DNA of 64,000 nt, from positions 253,027-317,026 of the forward strand of contig CT868671.1 of the NCBI GenBank assembly GCA_000165425.1, read 5' to 3'. The position numbers were made by a program, and so were the translations under genes. The notes under the pieces are model-generated. The model saw only the letters and a list, made by a program, of their open reading frames with translations, made no database searches and was not told the DNA's origin. Origin of the DNA: Paramecium tetraurelia (Eukaryota). Below are positions 1 to 14,251 of the stretch, piece by piece. The number at the start of each line of letters is the position of its first letter. The stretch's first letter is position 1.

Positions 1-656
1 GATGCTGCTTATTTCGACAGGATGTGGTATTACATTATGGAGTCCCTTAATAATACAAAATTATTTACCTCATAAGATCCAGATTTCGAATAGTAATTTA
101 AAAGAACTATATTTTAGAATGCTTGTGACTAATAGCTTTAATGACTTCTATGCTCAGATTTAACTTAGTGATTTATGTGAATATCTACCAGGAGACATAA
201 AGATTAGAGCAGCAACGTTATGTCCTACTATAATGAACCAAAATATGAGACATGGCCTCAAAGCGATGTTGATATATATTCAAAACCTAATTGAGACTGA
301 TGTTGCAATTAATAACTTTACTTACAGAGCAGTGCCTACTTAAAATGAATTAGAAGGAGCATTTATGATATCGGAAGTGATAAATGTCATGAATTCTAAT
401 TTTTATAATGATTTAATTCAAGTTACAACCGAACTAGTGGATCAATAAGAAGTAATTGATTTTATTAAATTAGGTTTTCAATATCTGCTACTTATTTATA
501 CTTTTCGTTGTTTTCCTGATAATTATAACTGAAGTCAAGAACAAAATATATGAAAACAGTAGGATCATAATTCATTTTGTTTATGTGATTCCTTCCCAAA
601 CAATATTCACTGATGATACATTTGAAAGAACTCTTAGAACTTTAATCAATTTCTGA
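1..656 (+). CDS. 3' end of a large membrane protein (TmcB/PAS-associated ciliate transmembrane family-like C-terminus), partial
   Basis: Open in code 6 after removing a 25-nt intron (93-117, gtaa..tag). Has a Cys pair (DLCEYL..LCP), then a hydrophobic helix and ..VIPSQTIFTDDTFERTLRTLINF-TGA (654-656). Family assignment is from recollection of the C-terminal pattern. Confidence 0.55.
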
Positions 657-767
657 TAATATTTCTATAAAATATTTATAGTAACTTTTATTAAATAAGT
701 AAAGAATTATTTTCTGATACTATAATAATTATAATGTCGGAGATTTAGTTCAAATGAATTTAAACTA

Positions 768-1235
768 ATGTTTTATGATTTAATACCAGGTAAATAGGCT
801 TACTTAGAATCAGTAGAGAATTTGCAACAAGGAACTTATTTATTATTAGATGAATGCCCTTGTAAAATCCTCAGACTTCAACTCTTCTTTAGTCGTCATG
901 GTCATTGTGCATACATTGAAGTTGAAAATGCATTTTCAAAATAAATTGTTAAAATATAACGTTCGATTCACGGAAAATTGGAAATACCTTTAATTTAATT
1001 TGAGGAATATAGTTTGATTGGAATATAAAATGATGATTTTTTAACATTATTAAATTCCAAGGGTACAATTCGAGAAGATATAAAGATGCCCTAATTTAAG
1101 GAGTTAGCAAACAAATTAAGGATGTGGTTTGAAGAGGGAAAGTAATATATTATTAATATTTTTAGAGATATTATAGTGTAGATTATAAAATATATGGATA
1201 AAGAGGAAGTGTCAGAGGCAAGATGTGAGGAATGA
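768..1235 (+). CDS. Divergent eIF5A-like protein with Arg at the hypusine-lysine position
   Basis: MFYDLIPGKQAYLESVENLQQGTYLLLDECPCKILRLQLFFSRHGHCAYIEVENAFSK..EEYSLIGIQNDDFLTLLNSKGTIREDIKMP..DIIVQIIKYMDKEEV aligns with eIF5A motifs PCKI, KHGHAK, YQLIDI, REDLRLP. One 24-nt intron at 1142-1165. Confidence 0.8.
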
Positions 1236-1303
1236 ATAATATTATATTTTTAATAGAAATTATTTGGTTGAGTTAAATTAAAATACATTTTCTAGAATAT
1301 TAA

Positions 1304-2850
1304 ATGATGTTACTAAAAGCGTGTATGGTGGCAATTACGTTATTCTTGACCTTATGCTAGGATGATTCAGAATATGAAGGGAATAGCAAACCTAAAAGAC
1401 AAACTTATGATGACCCAGTATCTGCAGTTATCTATTGAAAGGATCCATATAAAAATCTTATCGAATGGTTGAAAGATGGGAAAGCTGAGATTTCAAAGGT
1501 GCAAATTGAAGTGTAGAGTGAAGGTCATAGAACGTTAAGAGCAACTCAATTCATCAGATAAGGTGAATGGGTGTTGTTCATTCCACGCACGCAATATTTA
1601 TCATTGGAGGAAGTGAAAAAGAGTTGTTTGATTAATAGAAAGATGATTTAAATCAATTATAAACCAAACAACATTCAAACTTATTTTGTTAATCATTTAT
1701 TACAAGAAAATAGGAGGTTTTTATCATAAAAATATGTATTAGAAAATATTCATTTTGGAAACCATATATTGATGTATTACCAAAAGATGTGAGTGGATTT
1801 CCTACTTATTTTGATGCTGAATAGGATGCATTATTGAAAGGTTCTCCAACTTTGTTTACAGTGATAAATCAAAGGAAAGTATTCAAAGAGGAATACGAGA
1901 ATTTGAAGGAAGCAGTAAAGGAATTCTAGAAATATGGCTATACATATGATGATTTCATAAAATTCAGAATTCTAACAATATCGAGAAGTTTTACAGTACA
2001 GATTGGAGAAAAAGAATAATAATAATTGCTAGTTCCATTGGCAGGTATAGAATTTTGAAAGTATTAAGATTTCATAAATCATGATAATAATGGATTCTTG
2101 AAATATGGATATTCTAAAGACGCAGATGGATTCTTTATGTAGGCTGTTAGAAATATTTAGAAAGGAGAAGAATTGTTTTATAATTATGGTTAATGGTCCA
2201 ATAAATATTTTTTTATGAATTATGGATTTGCAAGTTTGACTAATCCTATGAATTAATTTGATTTAGATATTTGTTTGAATAAAAATGATAGATTATTCAA
2301 CCTTAAGATTTCATTGACTAAGGGAAACATGTGTTGGGGCAATAGATTAGTGAATGAAACCGATCATGATACATTTAGGTAGTCATTGGCTACTGTTAGA
2401 TTTACTTAAATATCTAAATTAGATGACTTTTTATAATTGGAAGAAGATGTATAAAATTTTAAACAGTTTTGGCCAGGATGGCACACTACAATCAAGACAA
2501 TTGAATTGGAGAAGGCCACTTTCAAAGCATTAAAAGGAATATTAGTAACAGAATTAGGGAATTTTGCTAGTACAATAGAGGATGATGAAAGGAGGTTAAA
2601 TGATCCATAAACTCCTGAATTTAGAAAACATATTATAATGTTGACACTGAGAGAAAAACAGATTATTAAAAAAAACATCGATATTTGTGATTTAATGCTC
2701 TAAGTGATAGATAAGAGTTCTGAAGTAAACTTTATTATTATTAAATAGGAACTTAAAAACTTAATGAAATATTATCATTATCGAGAAATAACAAAATATG
2801 TTAATAGCTAAATCATTCCTTTGAAACTTGAGTAAGAAGGCTTAGCATGA
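1304..2850 (+). CDS. SET-domain protein methyltransferase (Rubisco LSMT/SETD3-like) with N-terminal signal peptide
   Basis: Motifs GHRTLRATQFI, SFWKPYIDVLP, ISRSF, LLVPLA|DFINH, GEELFYNYG, FMNYGF. N-terminus is MMLLKACMVAITLFLTLCQDD. Four tiny introns; TGA at 2848-2850. Confidence 0.85.
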
Positions 2851-2884
2851 TAATAATTATATTATTGGTAGTGTAAACATAATA

Positions 2885-4314
2885 TCAATATTCTTAATCT
2901 GGTGGTTACAGTTCGTATTTTTAGAAACCAGGGAATAACAAATCATCTAAATCATCATCTAATTAAGATGGTTGTTCCTATTTCCTCTTTTATGCAACTG
3001 GGGGTTATATAACATATGGTTAAGGTTATTATTTATTTTGAGTGGTAGCCAATAATGGTTAAGATTTGCGATCAGTAGAGAGTTTTTGAGCTTATTATTA
3101 TTAATTTTGCAAATCTTTTGTTCTTTGGTGCAATTCTTGAATGTAATCTTTCTGTCTTGTTTTCTTCCTGTCACTCATAATATCAATATTTTAATCTTAG
3201 TCAGATTTCTTCTTTTCATCTAAAAAGAATTCTGTTTTAAATTCGTTGAAATTTATACGACTACAATGAACTCTAAGAATATTTCAATTATTACTTTGAC
3301 ATTCTGCCTAAACATCCTTTTAAATCATACGATTCAAATTGACCTCCTAATTCATTCATGTAAATTACTAAATCTTGGATAGTAATATATCCCTTCATTC
3401 CAATATCTAATTATTTGAATAAGGCCAGTAGGATATCTTTAGTTCCAATAACTTCTTTTATGAAATTGAGGTTTCTCTCTAATTGCAATTGTAGATGCAT
3501 GATTTCACAAATGTATTCCCTTTGAGCCACCGAAAGAAACTAAGGAATATTCTATTTTAATGGATGATGCATATAATGCATGGCTCCAAATTGCATAAAT
3601 TGTTATGAATCATCTGGGCCTAGGAGCATATACTTGAATTCAACAGAGGAGATTTGATTGTCATCATTACCTCCATATCGCAGGAACATTTAACCCAACT
3701 CAATAGTATTGAGAATGACGTCCAATTTTTACAATCCTAACTGAAACTCATTATAATCGATTGTTCCATTCTTCTTAGAATCAAAGAAATCAAAAAGCAA
3801 TTTGACATTGAATCTCTAATCTTATTTCAACATCCTTTGCAATTTCCACACTTTCTTATCAATAATAGAGCATTCAGCTAAATATTTTGCAAAGGCCACT
3901 TCCTCAAAATTTTAAGTTGATCTTGGCAAATTTCTTATGAACTATAGTACATATTCCTCATATCCATCATCATACCCTTGAATATTTGAGTCAATACTTA
4001 CTTTCATGAGGCAGGAATGGAATATTGCTGGGATCGTTAGGATCAAAATATTATTATGGTTATCCCATTTTGACTGGATAAGGAGGTTACTCGTAATATG
4101 CTATTATTTAATTAATAATAATACTATAATTTAAAGGTCGCAAATCATTCAAATATGTTCGATTCTGCAATTGACTTTAGTAAGGATCATAATATTAGTA
4201 ATCTGCATAATCATCTTGAGTTTCTGTCAAAAATCCACTGTGTCTGTATGTCTTTTCGTTATACTACCCATGGGTATATGGCTGTTAATAGGGGTCAGGA
4301 TTATGATAATACAT
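2885..4314 (-). CDS. EF-hand calcium-binding protein with Y/P/Q-rich N-terminus
   Basis: EF loops FDFFDSKKNGTIDYNEF, YGGNDDNQISSVEF and FKQLDIGMKGYITIQDL. Two small introns near the 5' end. Confidence 0.75.
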
Positions 4315-4318
4315 TTAT

Positions 4319-5447
4319 ATGAATAATTATAAATTATAAAAAGTCTTATTCAAAAAGGTCAATAAAGGTGTAATAGTTGAAGAACATCTCCTCGTTAGAT
4401 CGTTGATAGATAAACAATGTTACGTCTTAAAAAGAACAGACATTAGCAAAATTAATATCGAAAGATTGAATGAAATCGAAAATCATCTCAAAAAATTGAT
4501 TAATGTCAAACATCCAAGTTTAACCAAAATTAAGGAATACTTCATTGAATCTTAATATCTTGTTTAAGTCTTAGAATATTGTGGAGGTAGTGAATCTTAA
4601 TAATTTAGAATAAATCTTAAATGAAAGATTAAACAAGTAAGTCTCGGTTAATTTAGTATGTCAATATTTGCTTTAATTGTTATTCGCATTAAATTACTTA
4701 GAAATGCAACAGATTAATGTCTCAATAGATTTAGACACAATCTTTTTAAATTCCTTTGGATCACTAAGGATATAATTTGATTTGCTTTCCAACAAAAATT
4801 GGAGAGAAGAAGTCAAGTATCTACAGTAAGTTCTAAAGAAAACTAATTTGGACTGGGAATCCCAAAAATCACATGAACTGACCTAAATCCTTAAATCACT
4901 TATGCAGCCGAATCCACCGAGTGTTTAGTAAATGATTAATCATCCTTATTTACTAAAAGCCATGTTTGATTTTTGCAAATAATAAGATCTAGAAGCCTTA
5001 GCTTAATTGAATTAAGAAAAATTAATTAAAGAACAAACCAATAATAAAAGAGTGGGGAGAGCATCCACTTCTGCTAATTAAAATCGATAAAAAATAACCT
5101 AATAATCCCCTAATCTAAGGAAGAATTCAAAGGATAGACCTTAAACCCATTAATAATAAAAAAAGAAACCTGAACAATAATAGATTAAATAATAACCAAT
5201 TAGAAATTAAATACCTCCAAAACCTACAAAATAAAGGAATAACTCTTAAGATACTGTCACTAATGAATCTGTTCTAAATCAAGATTTACTAATGACCAAA
5301 GGAAAGGAGGAACTACAGGAACTATTAAAACTTTACAAAGACTAACTTAAAGAAAGTAGCAAACAATATAACCCTTGGTTGAATATGTCTGAGATTAAGG
5401 AAATAACTGAATATGATACAACTACCAACCTAAATCAACAGTCATGA
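4319..5447 (+). CDS. NEK-like pseudokinase with Q-rich tail
   Basis: MNNYKLQKVL..CYVLKR..VKHPSLTKIKEYFIESQYLVQVLEYCG (kinase N-lobe), LLQLLFALNYL, and a late HPYL. HRD, DFG and APE are absent. One intron at ~4587-4608. Confidence 0.7.
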
Positions 5448-5822
5448 AATTTATATAGAATTCTATAATTATTATAAAATTTCAAATATTATTATGAAAC
5501 TTATATAATTTCAGGAATAATATAAAATTTTCTCTGTATTTCAATAACATTAATGATTGATAAATTTATCCAAAAATTGTTTAACAATCAAATAAAAGAT
5601 TTATAAGATTATATTTATAAGGCTCACATCCAAGACAAAATTTTCCATTTTATAATATAAAATATTATGTTTAAAATTCCACAATTATAAAATGGATTAT
5701 AAAAATAAATACATTAATAAACGAATGAATTCAGATTTGTTTTGATTCCGCTTTAGAAATAAATAGAATTAATTAAAAACAATAACTAACTAATCATATA
5801 AATAAAGAGTTCAATTGTCAAA

Positions 5823-6113
5823 TCAATCATTGTGATTCTGTTAATTTTATATATTGCCCTTTTACATAACTTGTTATCGCTGTGGAGAAAAAATTGATAG
5901 CAATGCATAAGCACCAAAAAGTAGGAGCATCATGAATGCTAGTCCTTATGTTGTTGAAGTGTTGGATGTTGTTGGATTGGGATTTGCTATTGGAATAATC
6001 AAAAAATAATTACTCAAGCTGCCATTTTCATTTAATTATCCATTCAAATTCACTAGAGATATGAATATTTGATTTGCATGATTAACAATTAATTCGCATA
6101 AATCGTCGTTCAT
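5823..6113 (-). CDS. Small hypothetical single-pass membrane protein
   Basis: 96-codon code-6 ORF (possibly with a 27-nt in-frame intron). A PNPTTSNTSTTQ linker precedes the TM segment GLAFMMLLLFGAYALLSIF. Confidence 0.5.
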
Positions 6114-7076
6114 TTCAAAAATAATAATAAATAAATTCCAGAAAACTGAAAAGTTCTTATAGCATAAAATACGTAATATAATTTAATAAATTATATTTTT
6201 GTATTTATTAATAAGCATTATGATAATATAGATTAATGATGAGTGAAAATATAATATTAATAGATCTTTAATTAAATTAAAGACTTTAATAACTATATCA
6301 TAGATTAGTCAATATAGATGTATAGAACTTGTATCAACTTATTCTTTTTAAAATCTATTCTTAACACATAAAAAAAGAAAGGCTTAGAAATTAAAACTAA
6401 TAATATTTAAAGATTTCCCAACTTTTTTAAATTGTAAATTGGTCAAAATTATTTAGTATTAATAGAAATGAATTGAATCCTTTTTACTTAATACATAGGA
6501 ATCTTCCTAATCTTTTTTCAATGTGAATAAAAAATAATAATAATTTTTGTTAAACTTTAGGTATCAAAAAGTAAAATATCATTAACAGTTATATAATTTT
6601 TGGTATTTGATCATTTTGCTCGACTGAGATAAAAATATCAAAATCATATTGATATACAAATAGATTCTCGAAATAGACAATTGTTAATTAAGAAATAAAA
6701 TGAAAAGCAATATGAAAAAAAAGTTCATATCAGTTCATAAAATAAAAAGTTGTCATTAGAAATATCAAAAATTAATGAAATCAATATATAAAATAAAAAG
6801 GTTTGAGTCAATAAAATTAAAGAAAAAATTATTTAGATCTTAAATTATCTATTCAATCAATTTAATCATTTTATTGAAATAGTGAGCGATCAAATTTTAG
6901 TTCTCTTTGAAAATGTATGAAAATCTCCTTCATTAATTTTTCCTATTTTAGACATTCTTCATACTCAAAATTCTTTACATCTTTACTCTAATCCACTTTA
7001 GAATCAAGGAATTTTGCTTAATAAATGATCCTATTAGAATTATTGGATTTAATATCATTAATTAAAGAAATCTTAA

Positions 7077-9236
7077 ATGGAAGAGAAAGTGTACATATCA
7101 GAAGAAGGAATGAGACAATTATTAAAGGAATTTGATGCTAAAGACCCACTTAAAAATGTCTTATGGACTACTAATTATAGAATGGAATTGCCAATTAGAG
7201 TAAGAAAATAGGGTCCAGGAAGTGAATTACCAATTACTCTTCCAGAACAATTTAAAAATGATTGCACTCAATTTGCCTAAAAGCCTGCCTTAAGTGTTAA
7301 GAGGAATAATAAATGGTAATAATAAAATATTGAATAAATAGGATTACAAGAACATATGAAGAATATTATAATGAATCAATGTAATTTGCAAAGGCTTTGA
7401 TTGCATATGGAGTAACAGAAATGAGTGCAGTAAACATAATAGGTTTTAATGCTCCTGAATGGCACATATCTTTTATGGGAAGCATTCATGCTCACAATTT
7501 ACCTGTTGGAATTTATACTACGTAAGATATAAAATTAATACGTATTTTAGAAATAATCCAGATGCATGTTTCTATGTCTCAGATCATTCTGAATGTGAAT
7601 TAGTAGTAGCAGATACTAAAGAATAATTACGTAAGTATTTGAAAATTTGGGATAAATTGCCTCGTCTAAAAGGAGTTGTATTATATAATGATGATATTCC
7701 AACTTCTGAGATCCCTGAATAAAGAAGATCATAAGTATTCAAATGGAAAGATTTTATTGAAATGGGCAAAAAAGCAGATTTAATGGGTTCAGTATTAGAA
7801 AGAGTATCAAAAAATTGCGGACCTGGAAATTGTGTGACATTAATTTATACTTCAGGAACAACAGGAAATCCAAAGGGAGTTATGTTATCACATGACAATT
7901 ATGTGTTTACAATTACTTAATAGAAGAGAAAGTATGTAATGTAAGGTACTGGAGAAATGAGATTGGTAAGTTATTTGCCTTTAAGTCATGTCGTTGCATA
8001 ATTGATAGATATTATTGGTTTTGCTAGATGGGGAGCACATTTATACTTTGCAAATCCAGATGCTCTATAAGGTTCCCTAATTAATACTCTTAAGGAGGTT
8101 AGACCTACTCTATTCTTTAGTGTACCAAGAGTATGGGAAAAGATTTATGATCAAATGTAATAAATAGCAAAATCAAATGGGGCTATTAAAACTAAAATAG
8201 CTAATTGGGCCAAGTCAATTGGTAAAGAAGGAACCTTTGCATAAACTCATGGTCTGAAACCTCCTCTTTGTTTTGGATTGGCAGATAAATTGGTGTACGC
8301 AAATGTTAAAAAGGCCTTGGGATTAGATCAAGCTCAATATATGATATTCGGTGCAGCTCCATTATCCCCTATTATTAGAGAGTATTTCTTAACCTTGAAT
8401 ATGTACTTGATCAATGGTTACGGTATGAGTGAATGTGGAGGAGTGTAAAATATGGCAGATCCTTTTCACTTTGATAAATTTGATGATTTATTCATTAATA
8501 GTACTGGTAAGCCAATGGAAGGAACTGAATTAAGAATAGATAACCCAGATAAAGACGGAAATGGAGAAATCTGTTATAGAGGTAGACATATCTTTATGGG
8601 TTACTTTAAGGATGAAGATTCAACTAGGAATACAATTGATAGTAATAGATGGTTACATTCAGGAGATGTTGGCAAAATTGATAAGAATGGTAACTTGATG
8701 ATAACAGGAAGAATTAAGGAGTTGATCATTACAGCAGGAGGTGAAAATGTAGCTCCAGTTTTAATTGAGGATGAAGTCAAGAAGAACATTAAGATAGTTT
8801 CAAATTGTATGGTTATTGGAGATAAGAGAAAATATTTATCCATTTTATTAACATTAAAGCATTAATTAGCACCTGATGGATAGTAACTATAACATATTAA
8901 TTTTATCTAGGCCAACTGAGAAATTGAATGAGGATGTCATTGCTGTATTCAAGAGTCTTGGTTCTTCAGCCACTACAATTGAATAAGCCAATAATGATAA
9001 AGCTATTACTAACTATCTTCAGTAATTGATTGATGAAACCAATACAAAGTAATGAATTAAACAATAATTTAAGAGTCATCTCTAAGGCTCAGTACATTAG
9101 AAAATGGACTCTGATTCCTGGAGACTTTAGTGTTGATGGGGGAGAACTGACACCAACTTTGAAATTGAAAAGAAGAGTAGTTGAATAGAAATGGCTTGGA
9201 GAAATTGAGAAAATGTACTAAGATGCCAAATTGTGA
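7077..9236 (+). CDS. Long-chain fatty acyl-CoA synthetase (bubblegum/ACSBG-type) with C-terminal PTS1
   Basis: AMP-binding [69 protein letters not shown]. Ends DAKL-TGA. Confidence 0.95.
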
Positions 9237-9265
9237 AATATTAATAAAATATAAATAAAAGTTAA

Positions 9266-10817
<1,552 letters not shown>

Positions 10818-10845
10818 TTATATAATTATGTATATTATAAATTAT

Positions 10846-11723
10846 ATGGAAAATAACCAAGAACTAACACCTCCAAGTCATTTCTAAATTTGGTAGTCTA
10901 CTTTCTCTATTTATATAGGCTAACATTTATTGAAATGATAGCTGTGTTAGTTTGCCTTGCTAGTAACATGGTCAAATTACATAGTATGAAAAATAAAAAT
11001 CTGAAGTTTTGGTTTCTGGTGAGTGTGAGTGCATCAAGTGCCTTCAGGGGTATGAGTCTCCTTCTAATAATGGAATAGCCATAAGGCATATGGTTAGACT
11101 TTCTATACACAGCACCAATCCTATTTTGGATCCAATCTTACATCATATTCATAGGACATCTAGCCATTTGCATGAGTGTTCTTGCTAACAAGGATACTAA
11201 TATCATCCAGTACTCCATATACTATAGCCCTGTGTGTTTAGGTAAGTTGTTTATAGACACTTAGTCTTATCTTATGTTTACTTCTTAATCAAGGATGGAT
11301 TCTTGGAAAGAGTATTAATTCTTTAATTTTTACTCTATGCCGCACTTATTTTTGGATGTTTATACTTTAGCAATAAGTTATTTTCTGATGTACTAAAACC
11401 TAACTATTGCAGCTAGAAGATGATGATTGGATAATCCCTTTCCTTTCTTAAGTCAACAAATTGATCTAAACAATATCAATAAGTTTGGCACTCAGATTGC
11501 TTATATTTTTACTAATCTTTGCCAATTATGTTTAATTGAACATAGATTTAATTCTTATAGTATTTTATCTATTTCATTACCAATTTAGGAAGTATTTATG
11601 GGTGAACTAGTTCCATATTATGCTTTGACATTTTTTAAAATACCTCCTCCTAAACATGACAATGATTCCAGAGCAGGAACTCAGATGGAATTATAAAACT
11701 TAGAAGGTCCACTGATGAAATGA
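10846..11723 (+). CDS. Multi-pass membrane protein, TOM1/THH1 (DUF1084, GPR137-like) family
   Basis: About 7 hydrophobic helices. The last ends GELVPYYALTFFKIPPPK, resembling TOM1 EILPSALVLYILRKLPPK. Contains tiny introns. Confidence 0.6.
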
Positions 11724-12067
11724 AATACATTATAATTTATAGTTAGTTTAACAATATTCACCTTCACTCTCTAGTAAAACTAATATTTTTAGTTAAATTA
11801 AGTTACTCATAAGTTGCAATCGATGCCAAACCTTAAATTGTATTTTATCAATTTATTTTTGAATTATATAATTAAAGTGATTCAACACTAGATGATCTAC
11901 TTCATTAATACAATCAAATTTTGAAGTATAATCTATTTGAAATAACTAAATATATATTATTAAAATCTTATTTGACCAATCAATAGTGTTAATTATAATT
12001 ATGAAGTAATTTAAATTCCACTCAAATGCTAATTAACGATATTTATAATTATAATATTTGAAATCAA

Positions 12068-12754
12068 ATGTCAACAACAATTACTCAAACGACTTCAAAA
12101 AATGAATTAGTTAAGTGGATAAATGAAACATTTAAAGTAAACATTCAAATTTCTATCAAATTAGTTAACCATCACTCAACTGGAAACCCTTGGTACTGGT
12201 AGCACATTTTGTTAGATATTTGAATATTTATATCCCAATTCAATTCAAGGAAATAAAATTATTTGGAAAGCCAACAAAGAGAATGATTATATAAAGAATT
12301 TCAAGACCTTAGCAGATGCCTTTACAAAAAACAACATTTAAAAATAATTAGATGTATACTCTTTATATTATTTTAGATCTAATAACTCTCAAAAGCTAAG
12401 TATTAAGACATCTTAGATTTGGCATAATTTTTGAAATCAAAATTTGATAAGTAAACAGAAAAAAGAGAAAATTATGATCCAATTGAATTTAGAAAAGTAG
12501 AGGAAAGAAAAGTCTTTACTCCAACCAATAGAAAAACTGTATCAACTCTTAAAGATAAAACAAATAATGAAAACACAACTACATCTACTCATTCTTTGTT
12601 AGTTAAAAGACCACTTTCAAAAACCTCCACTTGGAAAACCACAAAACCAACATTCACTAAAACACCAGAACTTAATTCTATTACTGAAATTATCAATAAT
12701 GCAGAAGATGATGAGGCAACAAAAGTTAAAAAGATCAAGTCACTATTCATTTGA
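12068..12754 (+). CDS. EB1/RP-like calponin-homology microtubule-binding protein (short C-terminus)
   Basis: SKNELVKWINE..ITQLETLGTGSTFCQIF..ENDYIKNFKTLADAF..AKYQDILDLAQFLK..YDPIEFR matches the EB1 CH domain. Two introns. Confidence 0.8.
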
Positions 12755-13028
12755 ATTAAAATTAAAAATATAACAATCATAAGTTCATATTAGTTAACTT
12801 TTATAAAATAAAAATATGAATGCTGACTCTTCGTCTTATTTTTTTTTAATATTTGATTAATAAGGAAATCATTGTTAAGAATTAAAAAAAACTTCATTTT
12901 TTTACACCTGCTTTGGTTTATCTATATAAAATAAATTATGTTTACTTAAACATAGTTTCTGATATAAAATAGTTTAATTGAATTAATATATCCATAATTG
13001 ATATAATTGTAAATATATTTATTGTAAA

Positions 13029-14192
13029 TCATTATTTGTGTTTCTTGGCATGATTGTCAACTAGATCATAAGCTTATTAGACAGTTTTAATTTCAGAAAT
13101 TCTAAATGATGATATTTTATAATTATTACCTTTTTCCTTTTCTGACAGCATAAGCAGCATCATATTATTCTTTGTATTCTCTGGTTTGAATGAGTAATTA
13201 TTCAGTGAGACTAAGATCTCTATTGATAATGGTTAATCTTTTTTCCAAAAGAACCTTAAATATTGATTTCAAACCATACCTTGTCATTAGTTCTTTTTTT
13301 GATCAATTGGGAAGTGACTTCAAAATCTTTAGAAAATCTTTCTCTCAATTCAGCAATTTCTTATAGAGTAGTTTAGAAAGTAATCTTAATTTAAATAGAC
13401 TTATTACTTGGCTTTGAGTCTCTTATTCATCTTCTTATTTCATTAAAGAGATGACAGCATTTCTAATGTGTTCCAATTTATCAATAATTCTTTTAACAGT
13501 TGATACATCAAATTTAGTTGTCAATGCAACCATAATAGCAACTGGATGATTATGTCCTAATTCTCTTTTGATCTTTTCAACAATTTCGAATTATTCAGTT
13601 TGCAATAAAGATTTTCCTTCTTAATCAAAAACAGCAACTTATAATTTAGGAATAATTTCATTCAAGGCAGCCAACACTTTACTATTATTTTCTTGTCTGG
13701 CTTAATATGAGGCTGCTTCTTAAGCTCTAGTTTATCTTAGTTATTCTTCTTTGCCATTAAGAATATTTAACTATTCAGTGAGTGCATCTAATTATAATTG
13801 CAATCCAACAAGGATTTGATTTAATTCACTTAATTAATTATTTTTATCTTGTCTCTCTTTTGTAAGATTTCTTAATACAATAATCAACCATTCAATGTCT
13901 AATCCTAGAGTTGTTGTTCTCTAATATTATTAATCTCTCTAAAATTACATGGGCATATTCAAGATCATCATTAAGTTGATCTCTCTTCATTTGCTCTAAT
14001 AAATCTCCAACCAATGAAACCACTTCAGAAACCTTTCCCCCTTAACTGAGTTCCAAATCGAGTAAAAATGTAAAATTCAGTGTGCTCTGTTTTAATTGCT
14101 TTAATTTCCTTAAGCAAAATAGGGACTCCTGATTCCAATTCTACTGCAGTAATTCCAAACACCAACAATCCTAATATGAGTATGGCTTTCAT
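13029..14192 (-). CDS. Trichocyst matrix protein / granule lattice (GRL) family precursor
   Basis: Signal peptide MKAILILGLLVFGITA, then ELSQGGKVSEVVSLVGDLLEQMKRDQLNDD, HPVAIMVALTTKFDVSTVKRIIDKLEHI and a two-unit coiled-coil layout, about 385 aa. Confidence 0.75.
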
Positions 14193-14251
14193 TATATTAT
14201 TAATAATTAATAAAAACGGAATTTAATCATATAAATAATTAGAAAAAGTTG

